Source: Methanobacteriota archaeon (GTDB lineage Archaea > Methanobacteriota > Methanobacteria > Methanobacteriales > Methanobacteriaceae). From it: a DNA stretch of 64,000 bases. Below, piece by piece: positions 9,637-20,567 of this stretch. A program made the position numbers and the translations under genes. The notes beneath the pieces were generated by a model. That model did no database searches and was not told the origin of the DNA. It saw only the letters and a program-made list of their open reading frames with translations. The DNA lies in contig CAWBCJ010000029.1 of assembly GCA_963787255.1 (NCBI GenBank), positions 768,001 to 832,000 on the forward strand, in the 5' to 3' direction. How positions within the stretch are numbered: the first letter of the stretch is position 1; each line of letters starts with the position of its first letter.

Positions 9637-10786
9637 TTTGTTAATACTTATTTTACTGGCAGTGGCCATGTATCCATTTGGAAACGCTATAAGTGGATAT
9701 TACCCTCCACAAGGACCAACTGAAATCACCTCTTTAAATCTGGGCGATACAGTTGTAGCAGGAACATATGTTGTAGATGATAGCAAACTTAGAAAAGTTC
9801 CAATATTGTATCATCCAGAATATTTGCTGGATTATGTTAATGATATGAGAATAGCTGATTTTATAGATGCATTGTTAACTGGAACCGTTAAAATGCCGAT
9901 TGGAAGGATTACTGGTAGCACTATATCTACAGCCGGTATTGCTCAGGGATTCGAGGGTCCGGGAGTTCTTGCCCTCACTGAGAATAAATTAACTGTAAAT
10001 CCTCCAGGTAATTTTGTTTATGGATATAAAAGCCCTTACACATTTGGAATTAAAACAAAAGATGGTTTAGAGATTAAAGAAGGAAAAACAACCATTAAAA
10101 TAGTACCTTACGATCAGATAAGCAATGAAACTGTGCCTCATACTTACGTAAGCGCAAACAACATTAAAAAATGGTTTAACAGTGCAGGAATTGGTGAACG
10201 TATAACTTTAGATTATGCCATTGCCAATTTTAATGATGGAAGAAGTTTGGTAAATCCAGAAAATATCCAAAAATTCTTTGGGGATGACCTGATAACTTAT
10301 ATGAAAAATTATGGTGTAGGGTTGCCAGTACTTGTTTATGCTGGAAATGTAACTGAAAAAGTCATTGGAAATGGTGGGGATTCGCTTGGATCTTTTCCGG
10401 AATATAATGATGCAATTAGAGAGGGAAATTCACGTGAATTTGTAGAGGCATGGAATGGAACTATAATTCCACCACATACTACTTCATCAGGTAAAGAAAC
10501 TGTTGGATTTGGAAGATCTCCTGACCCTCATGCTCCTGGAGGATGGGCTTCTCACGGTGTTTGCCCAGCAGCAAGAACATTGAGAGGCGCGACATCTCAA
10601 GCAGGATTTGGACTTCCAACAGGCCTAACGTGGGGTGAATATGCTGTGCAATTTGGATTTAATCCTGCAACAGGTGTTAAAGTCACAAACACTAAAAATT
10701 ATCCTGTAAAAATCATTATGTGGACAGAAGGATCTGGACCGGGTATGGCTATATATGCGAAGGTTATTGGACTCGTACCTCAATAG
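9617..10786 (+). CDS. exported/membrane-anchored protein with C-terminal VanW-like domain
   Basis: N-terminal hydrophobic signal; NGTIIPP...ETVG, HGVC..ARTL..A..AG and KVTNTKNYPVKI resemble the VanW pattern (by eye); overlaps upstream ligase gene by 20 nt. Confidence 0.65.
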   Translation: MKNSKISLLILILLAVAMYPFGNAISGYYPPQGPTEITSLNLGDTVVAGTYVVDDSKLRKVPILYHPEYLLDYVNDMRIADFIDALLTGTVKMPIGRITGSTISTAGIAQGFEGPGVLALTENKLTVNPPGNFVYGYKSPYTFGIKTKDGLEIKEGKTTIKIVPYDQISNETVPHTYVSANNIKKWFNSAGIGERITLDYAIANFNDGRSLVNPENIQKFFGDDLITYMKNYGVGLPVLVYAGNVTEKVIGNGGDSLGSFPEYNDAIREGNSREFVEAWNGTIIPPHTTSSGKETVGFGRSPDPHAPGGWASHGVCPAARTLRGATSQAGFGLPTGLTWGEYAVQFGFNPATGVKVTNTKNYPVKIIMWTEGSGPGMAIYAKVIGLVPQ

Positions 10787-10848
10787 GGAATTCATTTCCC
10801 TTAAATCTTCATTTTTTATTAATTTAAAATAGTTTAAAGAGGTTTTAT

Positions 10849-11511
10849 ATGGTATCTGCAATTATCACAGCAGCAGGTAAAAATAGAAGGATGAGGGAAG
10901 ATTTTAAAGTCAGAGGCATGGAAATTAGGCATAAACTTCTTCTTGAACTCCACGGAACGCCCTTAATAATCCAAACCATCCAAAACACATTAAAAGCAGG
11001 AATAGACGAATGTATAGTTGTTTTAGGGCACTTTAGTGACGAAATAACAGCAGTAATTGATGAACTTGATGATGAAAGAGTAAGGATAATTATAAATCCT
11101 GAAATCCATGTTGAACTATCTGATTCGCTCTTAAATGGAGTTAAAAAGGTTAAATCTGATTATTGCATTTGTATTGCAGCAGATCAGCCAACAGTAACAA
11201 CTGAAACTTTAAAAAATCTTATTAAAGGAGTATTTGATAGTCCAGAACCTGAAAACACGGTTTCAATCATGGCTCGGGGTAAAACTGGATATTTGGACTC
11301 TGCAGAAGGTCTTGGAATGCCTTTTGCATGTCATTTGGATATTTTAAAGGAATATCTGGTGGGACACAATGATAACTTGAATCCCCTTTTAAGAAAAATG
11401 GTTGCAGACGGTGTTATTCTTTATGGAGTTCCTTCTCGTAGCGATCTGGAGCTTATAAACATTAATAGATACGAGGATTATTTAAAGGTTGTAAAGGAAA
11501 GTAATTTATAG
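10849..11511 (+). CDS. MobA/MocA-like NTP transferase
   Basis: AIITAAGKNRRM, HKLLLE, ADQP, NINRYEDY motifs. Confidence 0.85.
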   Translation: MVSAIITAAGKNRRMREDFKVRGMEIRHKLLLELHGTPLIIQTIQNTLKAGIDECIVVLGHFSDEITAVIDELDDERVRIIINPEIHVELSDSLLNGVKKVKSDYCICIAADQPTVTTETLKNLIKGVFDSPEPENTVSIMARGKTGYLDSAEGLGMPFACHLDILKEYLVGHNDNLNPLLRKMVADGVILYGVPSRSDLELININRYEDYLKVVKESNL

Positions 11512-11663
11512 GCTAAAAATTATTTATTGAAATTTTATTTAGAAATGGTTAAAAGAGTAAGTGTGGAATCTGGCCAGGAAGAATCTATAGATTTAGCAAT
11601 TAGTGGTATTAAAAATAATATTTAATTTTTTAACCAAAAAAAATGAAAAATAAATTTGATTTT

Positions 11664-11879
11664 CTAGAATTTCTTTTTCTCTGTTTCTTCCTCAAGAAGG
11701 TCTAATCGATCTTCGACCTGTTCAACAATTTTCCCTAGTTTTTCCACGAGTTCAAGGGTGTCAAATGCCCAGTTCGCTACTAATTTATTGTCCATCTCTC
11801 CTTTTTCAATGCATCGAGTCATGGTACCTTCCAAACTTTTAGCTTCATCTAAAATTTCAAATAATTTTTTCTGTGCCAT
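11664..11879 (-). CDS. small helical/coiled-coil hypothetical protein
   Basis: ORF with GGAGTGA RBS before ATG (MAQKK...); follows the DUF169 gene. Confidence 0.65.
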   Translation of the reverse strand: MAQKKLFEILDEAKSLEGTMTRCIEKGEMDNKLVANWAFDTLELVEKLGKIVEQVEDRLDLLEEETEKKKF

Positions 11880-11921
11880 AATAATCACTCCCATGGGCTT
11901 TAAATCATTTTAACTTATAAT

Positions 11922-12611
11922 TTATTTCATAGATACAAGTGCAGTAACAACGCACCCTATATTTTCTCCGTTCATCCCTACAATTACTTCATCCTCTTTT
12001 ATTCCAGCAAACTGCCTTGAGCCGCTGCATCCGAGGGTAAAATTTGCAGTGTTGTTGACGAATGGACCAGCTACAGCATCACCACATACGGATTGAATTC
12101 CTGAAAAACTTGCTTCTACTCTACCTCCGCGGGTGTAAACCATTGCCTGAGCAAGCCGCATGGCTTGAGCAGGATTGCTGATAACCACAATGACGTCAGG
12201 GTTGAAATTAACTTTTTCTAAAGGTGCGTAAATTATAGCTTTCATCATAGGGTCTATTTTAGGGATTGATTCCATTGTACGCTTTGCAGAACCGAGACTG
12301 GAGAATCTTCCCAGACTTTGATAAAATTCGCCTGTTTTTATCTTTTCTGGAGCTTCCATTAATCCAATAGCAGCTGCGCCACCTTTACACACCTGTTCTT
12401 CAGCTGTTGCATAGAACATTTCACCTTGAGCTGCTTTTTGAACCATTTCACAGTGCCTTATGTTTTCATCTATTTTTTCTATTCCTTCTGGAATGTCTTC
12501 TTCCCTTAAAATAAATTTTATTGCAACTGGAGATTTTTCTAAGCCTAATCTTTCTTTAAGTTCCCTTGATACCATATCGTATCCTTCTACTTCACAAGTG
12601 CCTTCTGCCAT
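11922..12611 (-). CDS. DUF169 family protein
   Basis: SPVAIKF, RHCEMV, CKGGAAAIG, QSVCGD, GCSGSR motifs. Confidence 0.85.
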   Translation of the reverse strand: MAEGTCEVEGYDMVSRELKERLGLEKSPVAIKFILREEDIPEGIEKIDENIRHCEMVQKAAQGEMFYATAEEQVCKGGAAAIGLMEAPEKIKTGEFYQSLGRFSSLGSAKRTMESIPKIDPMMKAIIYAPLEKVNFNPDVIVVISNPAQAMRLAQAMVYTRGGRVEASFSGIQSVCGDAVAGPFVNNTANFTLGCSGSRQFAGIKEDEVIVGMNGENIGCVVTALVSMK

Positions 12612-12757
12612 GTTTTTCACCGTTTTTATTATATTTTTTAAAATATTTAATTATATTCGATGAAATTAATTATAAAATAAACTTAACAGAAAACAATTAG
12701 TAAGTTTAAAACAGAAAAAAGAGTTTTTAATAAATAAGAAAAAATAAAATTTAGTTT

Positions 12758-13495
12758 TTAAGTAGATTTAACGCCTTCAACAAGCTCTTCAATCTTGTTT
12801 TTAACATCGCTGCAGTCTTCAACAACTGTACCTGTTACAACAATATCTGCACCAGCTTTTGCAACTCTTGCAGCGGTTTCTCCGTCACGTATTCCACCAC
12901 CAACAACTACAATTATATCTGTCATTTTTTTGACAGCAGCAATCATCGCTTCCGGAACATTTTTATCAGCGCCAGAACCTGCTTCAAGATACAATAATCT
13001 CATTCCAAGGCATTCTGCCGCCATTGCATAGGCAACAGCAATATCTGGTTTGTTTCTGGGAATTAATTTAGCGTCTCCTACCCACCCAACGGTTCCGCCA
13101 GGTTCAACAACAACATAACCCATTGGAAGTATTTCAATTCCCATTTTTTTAATATTGGGGGCACCTAAAGCCTGTACACCTGTTATCCAGTATGGGTTTG
13201 TTGAATTTAAAAGACTCATAAAAAAAATCGCGTCTGCATATTTGCTAACCCCGCTTATATTTCCTGGAAAAAGAATAATTGGATGGTTGATGCTTTCTTG
13301 CAGAGCTTTAGCAGTTGCATCAAGTTCAGTAGATTCGGTAGTTGATCCTCCGAGCATTATGCCGTCTGTTCCCCCCGCTATAGCTTCTTTTGCTATTCTT
13401 ACAGCTTCTTCAGGACTTTGTTCTTCAGGATCTAAAAGAGTTAAATGTATTTTGTGGTCTTTTAATGTATTTTTAATGTAATTTTCAACTTTCAT
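12758..13495 (-). CDS. geranylgeranylglyceryl phosphate synthase (GGGPS)
   Basis: HLTLLDP, MLGGST, ILFPG, YLEAGSGA, VGGGIR, VTGT. Confidence 0.95.
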   Translation of the reverse strand: MKVENYIKNTLKDHKIHLTLLDPEEQSPEEAVRIAKEAIAGGTDGIMLGGSTTESTELDATAKALQESINHPIILFPGNISGVSKYADAIFFMSLLNSTNPYWITGVQALGAPNIKKMGIEILPMGYVVVEPGGTVGWVGDAKLIPRNKPDIAVAYAMAAECLGMRLLYLEAGSGADKNVPEAMIAAVKKMTDIIVVVGGGIRDGETAARVAKAGADIVVTGTVVEDCSDVKNKIEELVEGVKST

Positions 13496-13593
13496 CTTAC
13501 CACGATCATAAGAAAATAATTAATAATTATTGGAATTGATATTATGAATATAAAATGGAGGATAAACCTCCAAATTGAATTTAAGGATTTTAT

Positions 13594-13740
13594 TTATCCT
13601 CTTGGTTCTTTAGCTTTTGGTCTTAGACCCTTGTAACCGCATTTTCTGCATGTTTTTGCAGTTGGGGGGTTTCTTGCGTTACATTTTAAGCATATTTTGA
13701 TATGGAATATTCTATTTTCTGCTTCTTCAAATCTAGCCAT
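13594..13740 (-). CDS. rpl40e: 50S ribosomal protein L40e
   Basis: Own translation [48 protein letters not shown] (48 aa), GGAGG RBS; too short for the ORF track. Confidence 0.95.
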   Translation of the reverse strand: MARFEEAENRIFHIKICLKCNARNPPTAKTCRKCGYKGLRPKAKEPRG

Positions 13741-13797
13741 TTATTAGCCTCCTTATGTACTTATTTAACTTAATTTTGTGCAGTTTAGACTATACTA

Positions 13798-14304
13798 TTA
13801 ACTTAGGAATTCATTTTGAATTTTTACAACTTCTAAACTGCTTTCAGCTTTAGAGTATGCTTCTAATAGCTCTTCATTGAGCTTTAGAAAATGAGGGCCC
13901 CATTTGAACTGGGACATAATGTCAATAGCAATATCTTTAAATCCGATTATATAAAAACTTGCTGCAATTGCTTCTGCAGTTGATAGTATGCATGGTTTAC
14001 CATAGTTGGTTGGATTTGCAGCTATAAGGAACGGCAGCGATCTGCTGTTTTTTCCTGTTTTTAGTCTAAAAGGAACTTTTTCTATCTTTTTCCATGAACA
14101 GTCCAGCCCTACAAGTCCTTTTTCCATTATTGTCTTTTTATCTTCAACAGATAAAGATTTCTGAGAATAAGGATCTAGTATAATTGCACTGGTAGGTACC
14201 AGGTTTAATTTTGTCACTACTTTAACTTTTCCTTTTTTATCAAGTTTAACAGTAGTGCATTTTTTACGATCACATTCTTCCGCGTGATATACAATGATTT
14301 TCAT
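13798..14304 (-). CDS. tsr3: 16S rRNA aminocarboxypropyltransferase Tsr3 (DUF367)
   Basis: ECDRKKCT, LDCSW, RSLPFLIAANPTNYG, LSTAEA, FKWGPHF. Confidence 0.93.
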   Translation of the reverse strand: MKIIVYHAEECDRKKCTTVKLDKKGKVKVVTKLNLVPTSAIILDPYSQKSLSVEDKKTIMEKGLVGLDCSWKKIEKVPFRLKTGKNSRSLPFLIAANPTNYGKPCILSTAEAIAASFYIIGFKDIAIDIMSQFKWGPHFLKLNEELLEAYSKAESSLEVVKIQNEFLS

Positions 14305-14498
14305 TTCTAAAACACTTTCTAATTAATATTTTTTAATTTTAAAATAGAAAAACAACAATCTCTTTTATATATCTTTATATTTAAAAAGGTTTTCATCAAA
14401 AAATAAAGATAAAATTGAGCTTTTCAGGTCATTATTAATACTAAATTCTTTTAGATGAGTTAAATTGATTTTATTTGCCATTTTTTCTAAAAAATTAG

Positions 14499-16649
14499 CT
14501 AGAAAAAAGATCTTTCATATTCTATTATTTTTGATACTGCTGTCTGGGGGTTTTTTATGTCTTCAAGGTCGTAGTAACGCCCGCCTGATGCTAGAGCAAG
14601 TTCCATATTGGTGTCTCTACCATATTTAAATGATTTTTCGAAATTAACAACTATTGTAGTGATATCATTGTCTTTAAGGTTTTTTGCAGCATTTATAGCG
14701 TCTTTGGTTGGTCCTTCATTCATGCCTACGTTTGGCATTCCATCGGTTAATATTATCATTATTGGAACGTATTCTTTATTTGATTTCTCTTTTTTAAGCA
14801 TTTCAAAACCTTTTTTAATCCCAGAAGCAAGGGGGGTAGTTCCTCCCACTTGTATATTGTCCACATAATCTTTAAATGATATGGCACGTCTGGTTGTTGG
14901 AACTATGACTTCTGCTTCCTGACCTTTAAATCCAATAACACTAATTCTATCGTTATGACGGGCTGTATCATCAATTAATTGATTTAAAATTCCTTTAACT
15001 TTGTTTGCTTTCCGCTGTGAAAACATTGATCCGCTTATGTCCACAACAAGTGCTATAGATGCTCTAGCACCATGTTTTCTGACTTTTTGGCGTAGATCTT
15101 CGTTTTCAACTTTAATACTGCCATTTGATCTAATTGCAGCTGCCCGTAGGGTTGCATCTATGGCTATATCTCGACTACCATCTTTAGGAAACTTACTTTT
15201 TATGTATTTACCTTTTTGAGTCTTTGAATCCACTCTTTTTCCATAAAGGCGATTTTTTTTGGTTCCTTTCATTTTAAGGAGCTTTTTAATATCAATTTCG
15301 TCATTATCAGCATCTACTTGATCATCATCATCTTTACTTTGAAGTTTCATCCCTTTCTTTTCTTCTTCAGAAGGCTCTTCTTCGCCTTGAGGGGCAATAT
15401 TTACGTTTTTATTTTGTTCTTCATCTGGTTCTTGATCTTCTTCAGAATTTTCTTCAGGGGCTAGATCACCATTTTCATCTTCTTCGGGTTGATCTTTTCC
15501 ATTTTCTTGTTCTTCTGCGGAATCATCTTCATTTTCACTATTTTCTTGATCTTCTCCAGAATCTTCGCCAGTTTCACTATTTGAATCTCCACTCTCTCCT
15601 CCGCACTGTGAATCTTCTTCTTCTTCTTCTTCTTCTTCTTCTTCTTTCATTTCAGAAACTGCCTTTTCCAGCATTTCTTTAATTTTATCCTCGCCGTAGG
15701 ATTTAGGGAGCCTTTCTCCAAGAACAAGCATCATAGCTTCTTCTAAATCCTCATAAGTAACTTCAATGTGGTTATTATATGCTGCAATAGTTTTAGCTGT
15801 CTTTAATATAGCAATATCTGCCCTATGACCGTCAACGCCTATACTCACGCAGACATGTGCTATTGCTTTCATCATTTCAGATGACATTTCTATATTTTTT
15901 AGAAGTTTCCTCGCAGTTAAAATGTTTTCAAGAATTTTATGCTGATCATCTTTAAATTTGTTTACAAATTCTTCAGGATTACTTTCAAATTCTTCTCTTC
16001 GTGCCATTATTTCAACACGATCTTTTATATCCATAATGCTGTGTACAATGATATGCAGTCCGATTCTATCGGAAAGCTGTGGCCTAAGCTCGCCTTCTGC
16101 AGGGTTCATAGTTCCAACCAGTATAAATCTGGATGGGTGCGATAAAGAGATTCCTTCTCTTTCTACAATGTTCATTCCGTAAGCAGCAGCGTCTAAAAGT
16201 ACATCTACAAGATTATCGTCCAGAAGATTTATTTCGTCAATGTATAGTATGTTTCTATTGGCTTCAGCAAGAATACCGGGTTCTAAAGCTTTTGTACCTT
16301 CTTTAAGCGCTTTTTCAATATTTATTGATCCAACAACACGGTCTTCAGTTGAACCCAGAGGAAGTTCTACAACTCGCATCTTCTTCTCTTCTATCTTCAT
16401 ATCTTCAGATATGCATGAATCACATAAAGAATTTTCATCAGCAGGATCACAGTTGAATGGGCACCCTTTAACGACTTTTATGGAAGGTAAAAGGTCAGCA
16501 AGAGCTCTAACTGCTGTAGTTTTACCAGTACCTTTATCTCCTTTAATAAGTACCCCACCAATACTTGGATTAATTGCATTTAATATTAAGGCTTTTTTGA
16601 TGTTTCCCTGTCCAACAATTGCTGAAAATGGAAAAATAAGATTTTTCAA
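14499..16649 (-). CDS. Mg/Co chelatase ChlI/ChlD-type AAA+ ATPase with acidic linker and C-terminal vWA domain
   Basis: [47 protein letters not shown]; TTG start after GGTGA. Confidence 0.9.
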   Translation of the reverse strand: MKNLIFPFSAIVGQGNIKKALILNAINPSIGGVLIKGDKGTGKTTAVRALADLLPSIKVVKGCPFNCDPADENSLCDSCISEDMKIEEKKMRVVELPLGSTEDRVVGSINIEKALKEGTKALEPGILAEANRNILYIDEINLLDDNLVDVLLDAAAYGMNIVEREGISLSHPSRFILVGTMNPAEGELRPQLSDRIGLHIIVHSIMDIKDRVEIMARREEFESNPEEFVNKFKDDQHKILENILTARKLLKNIEMSSEMMKAIAHVCVSIGVDGHRADIAILKTAKTIAAYNNHIEVTYEDLEEAMMLVLGERLPKSYGEDKIKEMLEKAVSEMKEEEEEEEEEEDSQCGGESGDSNSETGEDSGEDQENSENEDDSAEEQENGKDQPEEDENGDLAPEENSEEDQEPDEEQNKNVNIAPQGEEEPSEEEKKGMKLQSKDDDDQVDADNDEIDIKKLLKMKGTKKNRLYGKRVDSKTQKGKYIKSKFPKDGSRDIAIDATLRAAAIRSNGSIKVENEDLRQKVRKHGARASIALVVDISGSMFSQRKANKVKGILNQLIDDTARHNDRISVIGFKGQEAEVIVPTTRRAISFKDYVDNIQVGGTTPLASGIKKGFEMLKKEKSNKEYVPIMIILTDGMPNVGMNEGPTKDAINAAKNLKDNDITTIVVNFEKSFKYGRDTNMELALASGGRYYDLEDIKNPQTAVSKIIEYERSFF
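15615..15644 (-). repeat. (GAA)10 trinucleotide repeat encoding poly-Glu in the chelatase linker
   Basis: TTC x10 on the + strand. Confidence 0.9.
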
Positions 16650-16867
16650 TGGTTTCACCGTTTTAATGCTCTAAAATAATTTCTAAATCTTTAAATTAGA
16701 TAATTTCATTGAATATATATAATGAAATTTCATCCATAAATATATTGTCAATATTATTAGGTAAACCTACAATTGATAATAATTTAGAAATTTTAGAAAA
16801 ATTCAATAAAAATCATCCATAACAAATAATAAATAACACCACTAACATAACGAGGATCGGTGATAAC

Positions 16868-17023
<156 letters not shown>

Positions 17024-17554
17024 ATAATGACCAAATTTTATTTTTAATTGGAAGTTCTGGTGAACTAGGCATCATTAAAGCTGGCGAAAAAAAGCAGATA
17101 TTCATAGGAATGCCGGATAAAGAAGAAATAGTTGTTTTTCTGGAACCTGAAGATTTAATAGTGGTTTCTGCATTCTGTAATGGCGAAAAAGCAGAAAAGG
17201 GAATTAAAAGCTTGCTTTACTTGCTTAGAGAGTTGAATTTTCCAATTACAGTTCTTCCAGAAAATCATCCAACATCATCAAGACTTCCTATGGTGGTTGC
17301 TACGGGAGATCACATCCATTTAAACTGCAATATTGTTCCAGGTACTCACCCTGAACAGGATATATTGTGTGCATGTGAAGATCTCTCAAATACTGAAATA
17401 ACCGCAACAGAAGACGGAATTAACGTTTTAGGCTTCATTCGAAAGTTTAAAATTGAAAACTTTTAAAATAAAGTTAAATAGGATTAATGTCTTTTTAAAT
17501 CAAGTTTATTATTTCGTTAGTTTAATATTAAATAAAGAACTTAAAGGATACTCA

Positions 17555-18262
17555 ATGCCAATTTATGAACTTTATCAAATTTTTGGACAAATAGTCTTTA
17601 TTGCAGGTATTTTAATCTTAGCCCTGCTATCTGTTACCCTTATTCTTGGAAGAATACTTATAAGGCAGGAAAAACTTATTTTTCCTAGATTGCTCCTTTT
17701 TACTATAGACGTATTTTACGGGCTTTTCAAAAAATTCGCCGGTAATGTGGGAGTAGATGAAAAAATAGTGGATCAAATTGGTGTTGAAGTAAGAAATAAG
17801 GTCAATGAAAAGTCATTTAATAAAATTGATGACAAAGATAAAGTTTTAATACTTCCCCACTGCTTGAGAAGTCCCAAATGCGAGGCAAAACTAGATGCCA
17901 CAGGCCTTCATTGTACCGACTGCAACCACTGTGTAATAGGGGTTTTAAAGAATAAAGCAGAAGATAGGGGATATAACGTATTTATTATACCTGGATCAAC
18001 TTTTTTAAAGAAAATAGCCAAGGAAAATAAGTTTAAAGCAGTTTTAGGCGTGGCATGTTACCAGGACCTGAACCTAGCAATGACGAAGCTTTCAAAATTT
18101 CACTGTCAAGGTGTACCTCTTCTAAAGGATGGATGTGTCTGCACAAAGGTTGATACAAGAGCTGTTTTAGATAAGATGGGTATTGAACTCCCTCAAAGTA
18201 CTAAAATTCCTCAAGGCAATGTTTCATGCAATAAAGAACGTCCAACACGTAAACTACTCTAA
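17555..18262 (+). CDS. DUF116 family membrane-anchored Cys-rich protein
   Basis: [31 protein letters not shown]. Confidence 0.85.
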   Translation: MPIYELYQIFGQIVFIAGILILALLSVTLILGRILIRQEKLIFPRLLLFTIDVFYGLFKKFAGNVGVDEKIVDQIGVEVRNKVNEKSFNKIDDKDKVLILPHCLRSPKCEAKLDATGLHCTDCNHCVIGVLKNKAEDRGYNVFIIPGSTFLKKIAKENKFKAVLGVACYQDLNLAMTKLSKFHCQGVPLLKDGCVCTKVDTRAVLDKMGIELPQSTKIPQGNVSCNKERPTRKLL

Positions 18263-18277
18263 TTTTCAATTTTTTAT

Positions 18278-18521
18278 CTAAGGTGCAAAAGTATTCCAAA
18301 ACCCGTGGAATAAAAAGGAACCATATACTTTTTCGGTTTTAAGACGTACAAATCCTACAATTGCCCCTAATACCAATCCAACCATAATTTTTCCTATTAA
18401 AAGAGGTATTAAATCAAATTGTTTCGGATGAATCAAAAAAGTCTAGATATCCAATATGCCAGAACCCAAACATTAATGTAATTGTGATCCACGTAATTAA
18501 TCCTGAATTTTTTTGTTTCAT
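18278..18521 (-). pseudogene. C-terminal remnant of a CPBP (CAAX/Abi) intramembrane protease
   Basis: FGFWHIGY, then after a frameshift near 18435-18440 ...RLKTEKVYGSFLFHGFWN; FxxxH and HxxxN motifs; N-terminal EExxxR part not found. Confidence 0.65.
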
Positions 18522-18838
18522 CGAATTAAAGAATATCATTGAAAATCGAAAATCCATCCATTTATTAGAAAAAGACTAACGTTTTTATCATAAGAAAAAA
18601 CACTTATCAAATTTGTCCATTGCTTGAATAGTTACATTCAACTAAGTGCATGCTTTATTTCCGGATATTTTAATTCTTCTCTTTTCAAACTTGATTTGAT
18701 TCTGTATTGGTTCTTAGAAATGTTTGTCTTATACAGAATTGCATTAACTTTTATAATCATCGACAACTAAATTATATTATAAAAAATTATTAGATCTAAA
18801 TGATCTAAAAAAAGTTTATCGTTAGGAGGAACACTCTT

Positions 18839-19408
18839 ATGAAAAAAGTTGTTATGCTATCTGCAAGTCCAAGACCAAGTGGAAATACTTACCAGGTCCT
18901 TGAAGAATGTGCTAAAGTCATAGAAGATGAAGGTTTAGAAGTTGAAATAATCTCATTTGTAGGAAAAAACATCAGATCATGCATTGCATGCGGAAGATGT
19001 GGGGAATTAAGCGAATGTTCAATGGATGATGGTCTAAATGATATGATATCAAAAATTCGGGAATCAGATGGATTTATAGTAGGTTCACCAGTTTACTTTG
19101 GAACAGCGCGTGGAGATATAATGTCCGCACTGCAAAGAATAGGAATGGTATCTCGAGCATCTGATAATTTCTTATCATGGAAAGTAGGAGGCCCAATAGC
19201 TGTTGCAAGAAGAGGAGGTCACACAGCTACAATACAGGAAATGTTGATGTTCTTCTTTATTAACGATATGATTGTTCCAGGTTCAACTTACTGGAACATG
19301 GTCTTTGGGTATGCCCCTGGACAGGTACAGGACGACGATGAGGGAATGGAAACCATAAGGAAATTTGGATACAACGTGGCTACTTTAATAAAGAAAATCA
19401 GCGATTAA
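18839..19408 (+). CDS. flavodoxin family / iron-sulfur flavoprotein (Isf-like)
   Basis: SASPRPSGNT, CIACGRC.....C, GSPVYFG, ARRGG. Confidence 0.92.
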   Translation: MKKVVMLSASPRPSGNTYQVLEECAKVIEDEGLEVEIISFVGKNIRSCIACGRCGELSECSMDDGLNDMISKIRESDGFIVGSPVYFGTARGDIMSALQRIGMVSRASDNFLSWKVGGPIAVARRGGHTATIQEMLMFFFINDMIVPGSTYWNMVFGYAPGQVQDDDEGMETIRKFGYNVATLIKKISD

Positions 19409-19461
19409 AAATTCCCATTTCCTAGAATTTTTATTTATCTTTTTTAATCGGAAACGATAAA

Positions 19462-20199
19462 ATGACAAGAGAACAGCTTTACAAGAAATTTGCAAGGTAT
19501 TACGATAAAATCTATGAAAAATTAGACCACGAAAAAGAAATTGAATTCATAAAATGGGCCGTAGATACACATAAAAGTAGCCAGGGCGTTGAATTACTTG
19601 ATGTGGCCTGTGGGACAGGAAGACATGCAATTTTGCTTAAAAATGAATTTAAAATTAGCGGCATAGACATTAGCGAAGAAATGTTAAAAATAGCGCGGGA
19701 AAAAGTACCTGATGTCGATTTTATCCATGATGATATGAAAAAGTTGGATTTAGGGCATGAATTCGATGTTGTAATCTGTATGTTCAGTGCAATAAATTAC
19801 AATACTACGCTTGAAGAGTTTAAAGTCACTTTAAGTAACTTTTACAATCATTTAAATGATGGTGGGGTTCTTATTTTTGATCTGGGTCTAAATAAAGAAA
19901 ACTGGATTGAAGGATTGGTAAGTGTTGATACGGTGGTTGATGAGAACCTTAAACTTGCAAGGATCTGCCAGTCGCATTTAGAAAATGGAATATTTAACTC
20001 AAGCTTTGTATTTCTGGTAAAAGAGAATGGACGGCTTGATTTTGACATTGATGAGCATACTTTAGGTGTATTTGGAATGGAAGATGTTGCTAATTTAATG
20101 AAAGAAACTGGTTTTAATGTGTTTATTTATTCTGATTTTAAAGATGAAGAATGGAATATAGGAACAGGGGAAAGACCCGTTTTTGTTGGTGTAAAATAG
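19462..20199 (+). CDS. class I SAM-dependent methyltransferase
   Basis: LLDVACGTGRH, GIDISEEML, GGVLIFD. Confidence 0.92.
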   Translation: MTREQLYKKFARYYDKIYEKLDHEKEIEFIKWAVDTHKSSQGVELLDVACGTGRHAILLKNEFKISGIDISEEMLKIAREKVPDVDFIHDDMKKLDLGHEFDVVICMFSAINYNTTLEEFKVTLSNFYNHLNDGGVLIFDLGLNKENWIEGLVSVDTVVDENLKLARICQSHLENGIFNSSFVFLVKENGRLDFDIDEHTLGVFGMEDVANLMKETGFNVFIYSDFKDEEWNIGTGERPVFVGVK

Positions 20200-20243
20200 G
20201 AAAATATTTCAGTAATTTAGAATATATTAAATCTGGTGATTAT

Positions 20244-20567
20244 TTGAAAATAGCTGTAGCAACGTCCAATGGTAGAGATGTTGATCATTTTGGAAAAGCG
20301 CAGGGGTTCATGATTTATGAATTTGATGAAGAAAATATGACTTTTATTGAGAAAAGAGACTCTCCGAAAATTAAAGGAGAAAAACATCAATGGAAAAAAT
20401 CTTTAGATGTTATTGAAGACTGCGAAGTTGTTATTTGTGCCCAAGCAGGACTTAAAGGCAAATTTGGTTTAAAAAATGCCGGAATTAAACTGGTAGAAGA
20501 TGAAGGCACAGTTGAAGATGCTCTTCGAAGGTATGTTAGGCATTATAAGTTCATGAAAAGCTTTTAA
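20244..20567 (+). CDS. NifB/NifX family (dinitrogenase FeMo-cofactor-binding-like) protein
   Basis: KIAVATS...HFGKA..F.IYE, DCEVVIC; TTG start after GGTGA. Confidence 0.85.
   Translation: MKIAVATSNGRDVDHFGKAQGFMIYEFDEENMTFIEKRDSPKIKGEKHQWKKSLDVIEDCEVVICAQAGLKGKFGLKNAGIKLVEDEGTVEDALRRYVRHYKFMKSF

Noticed and set aside
20151-20243. N-terminal extension of the NifX-like ORF
   Set aside because: Overlaps the methyltransferase gene; TTG 20244 has the RBS and matches the family start
20244-20567. Possible nitrogen fixation cluster
   Set aside because: Lone NifX-like gene with no nifHDK or NrpR operator nearby; such proteins are common outside nif loci
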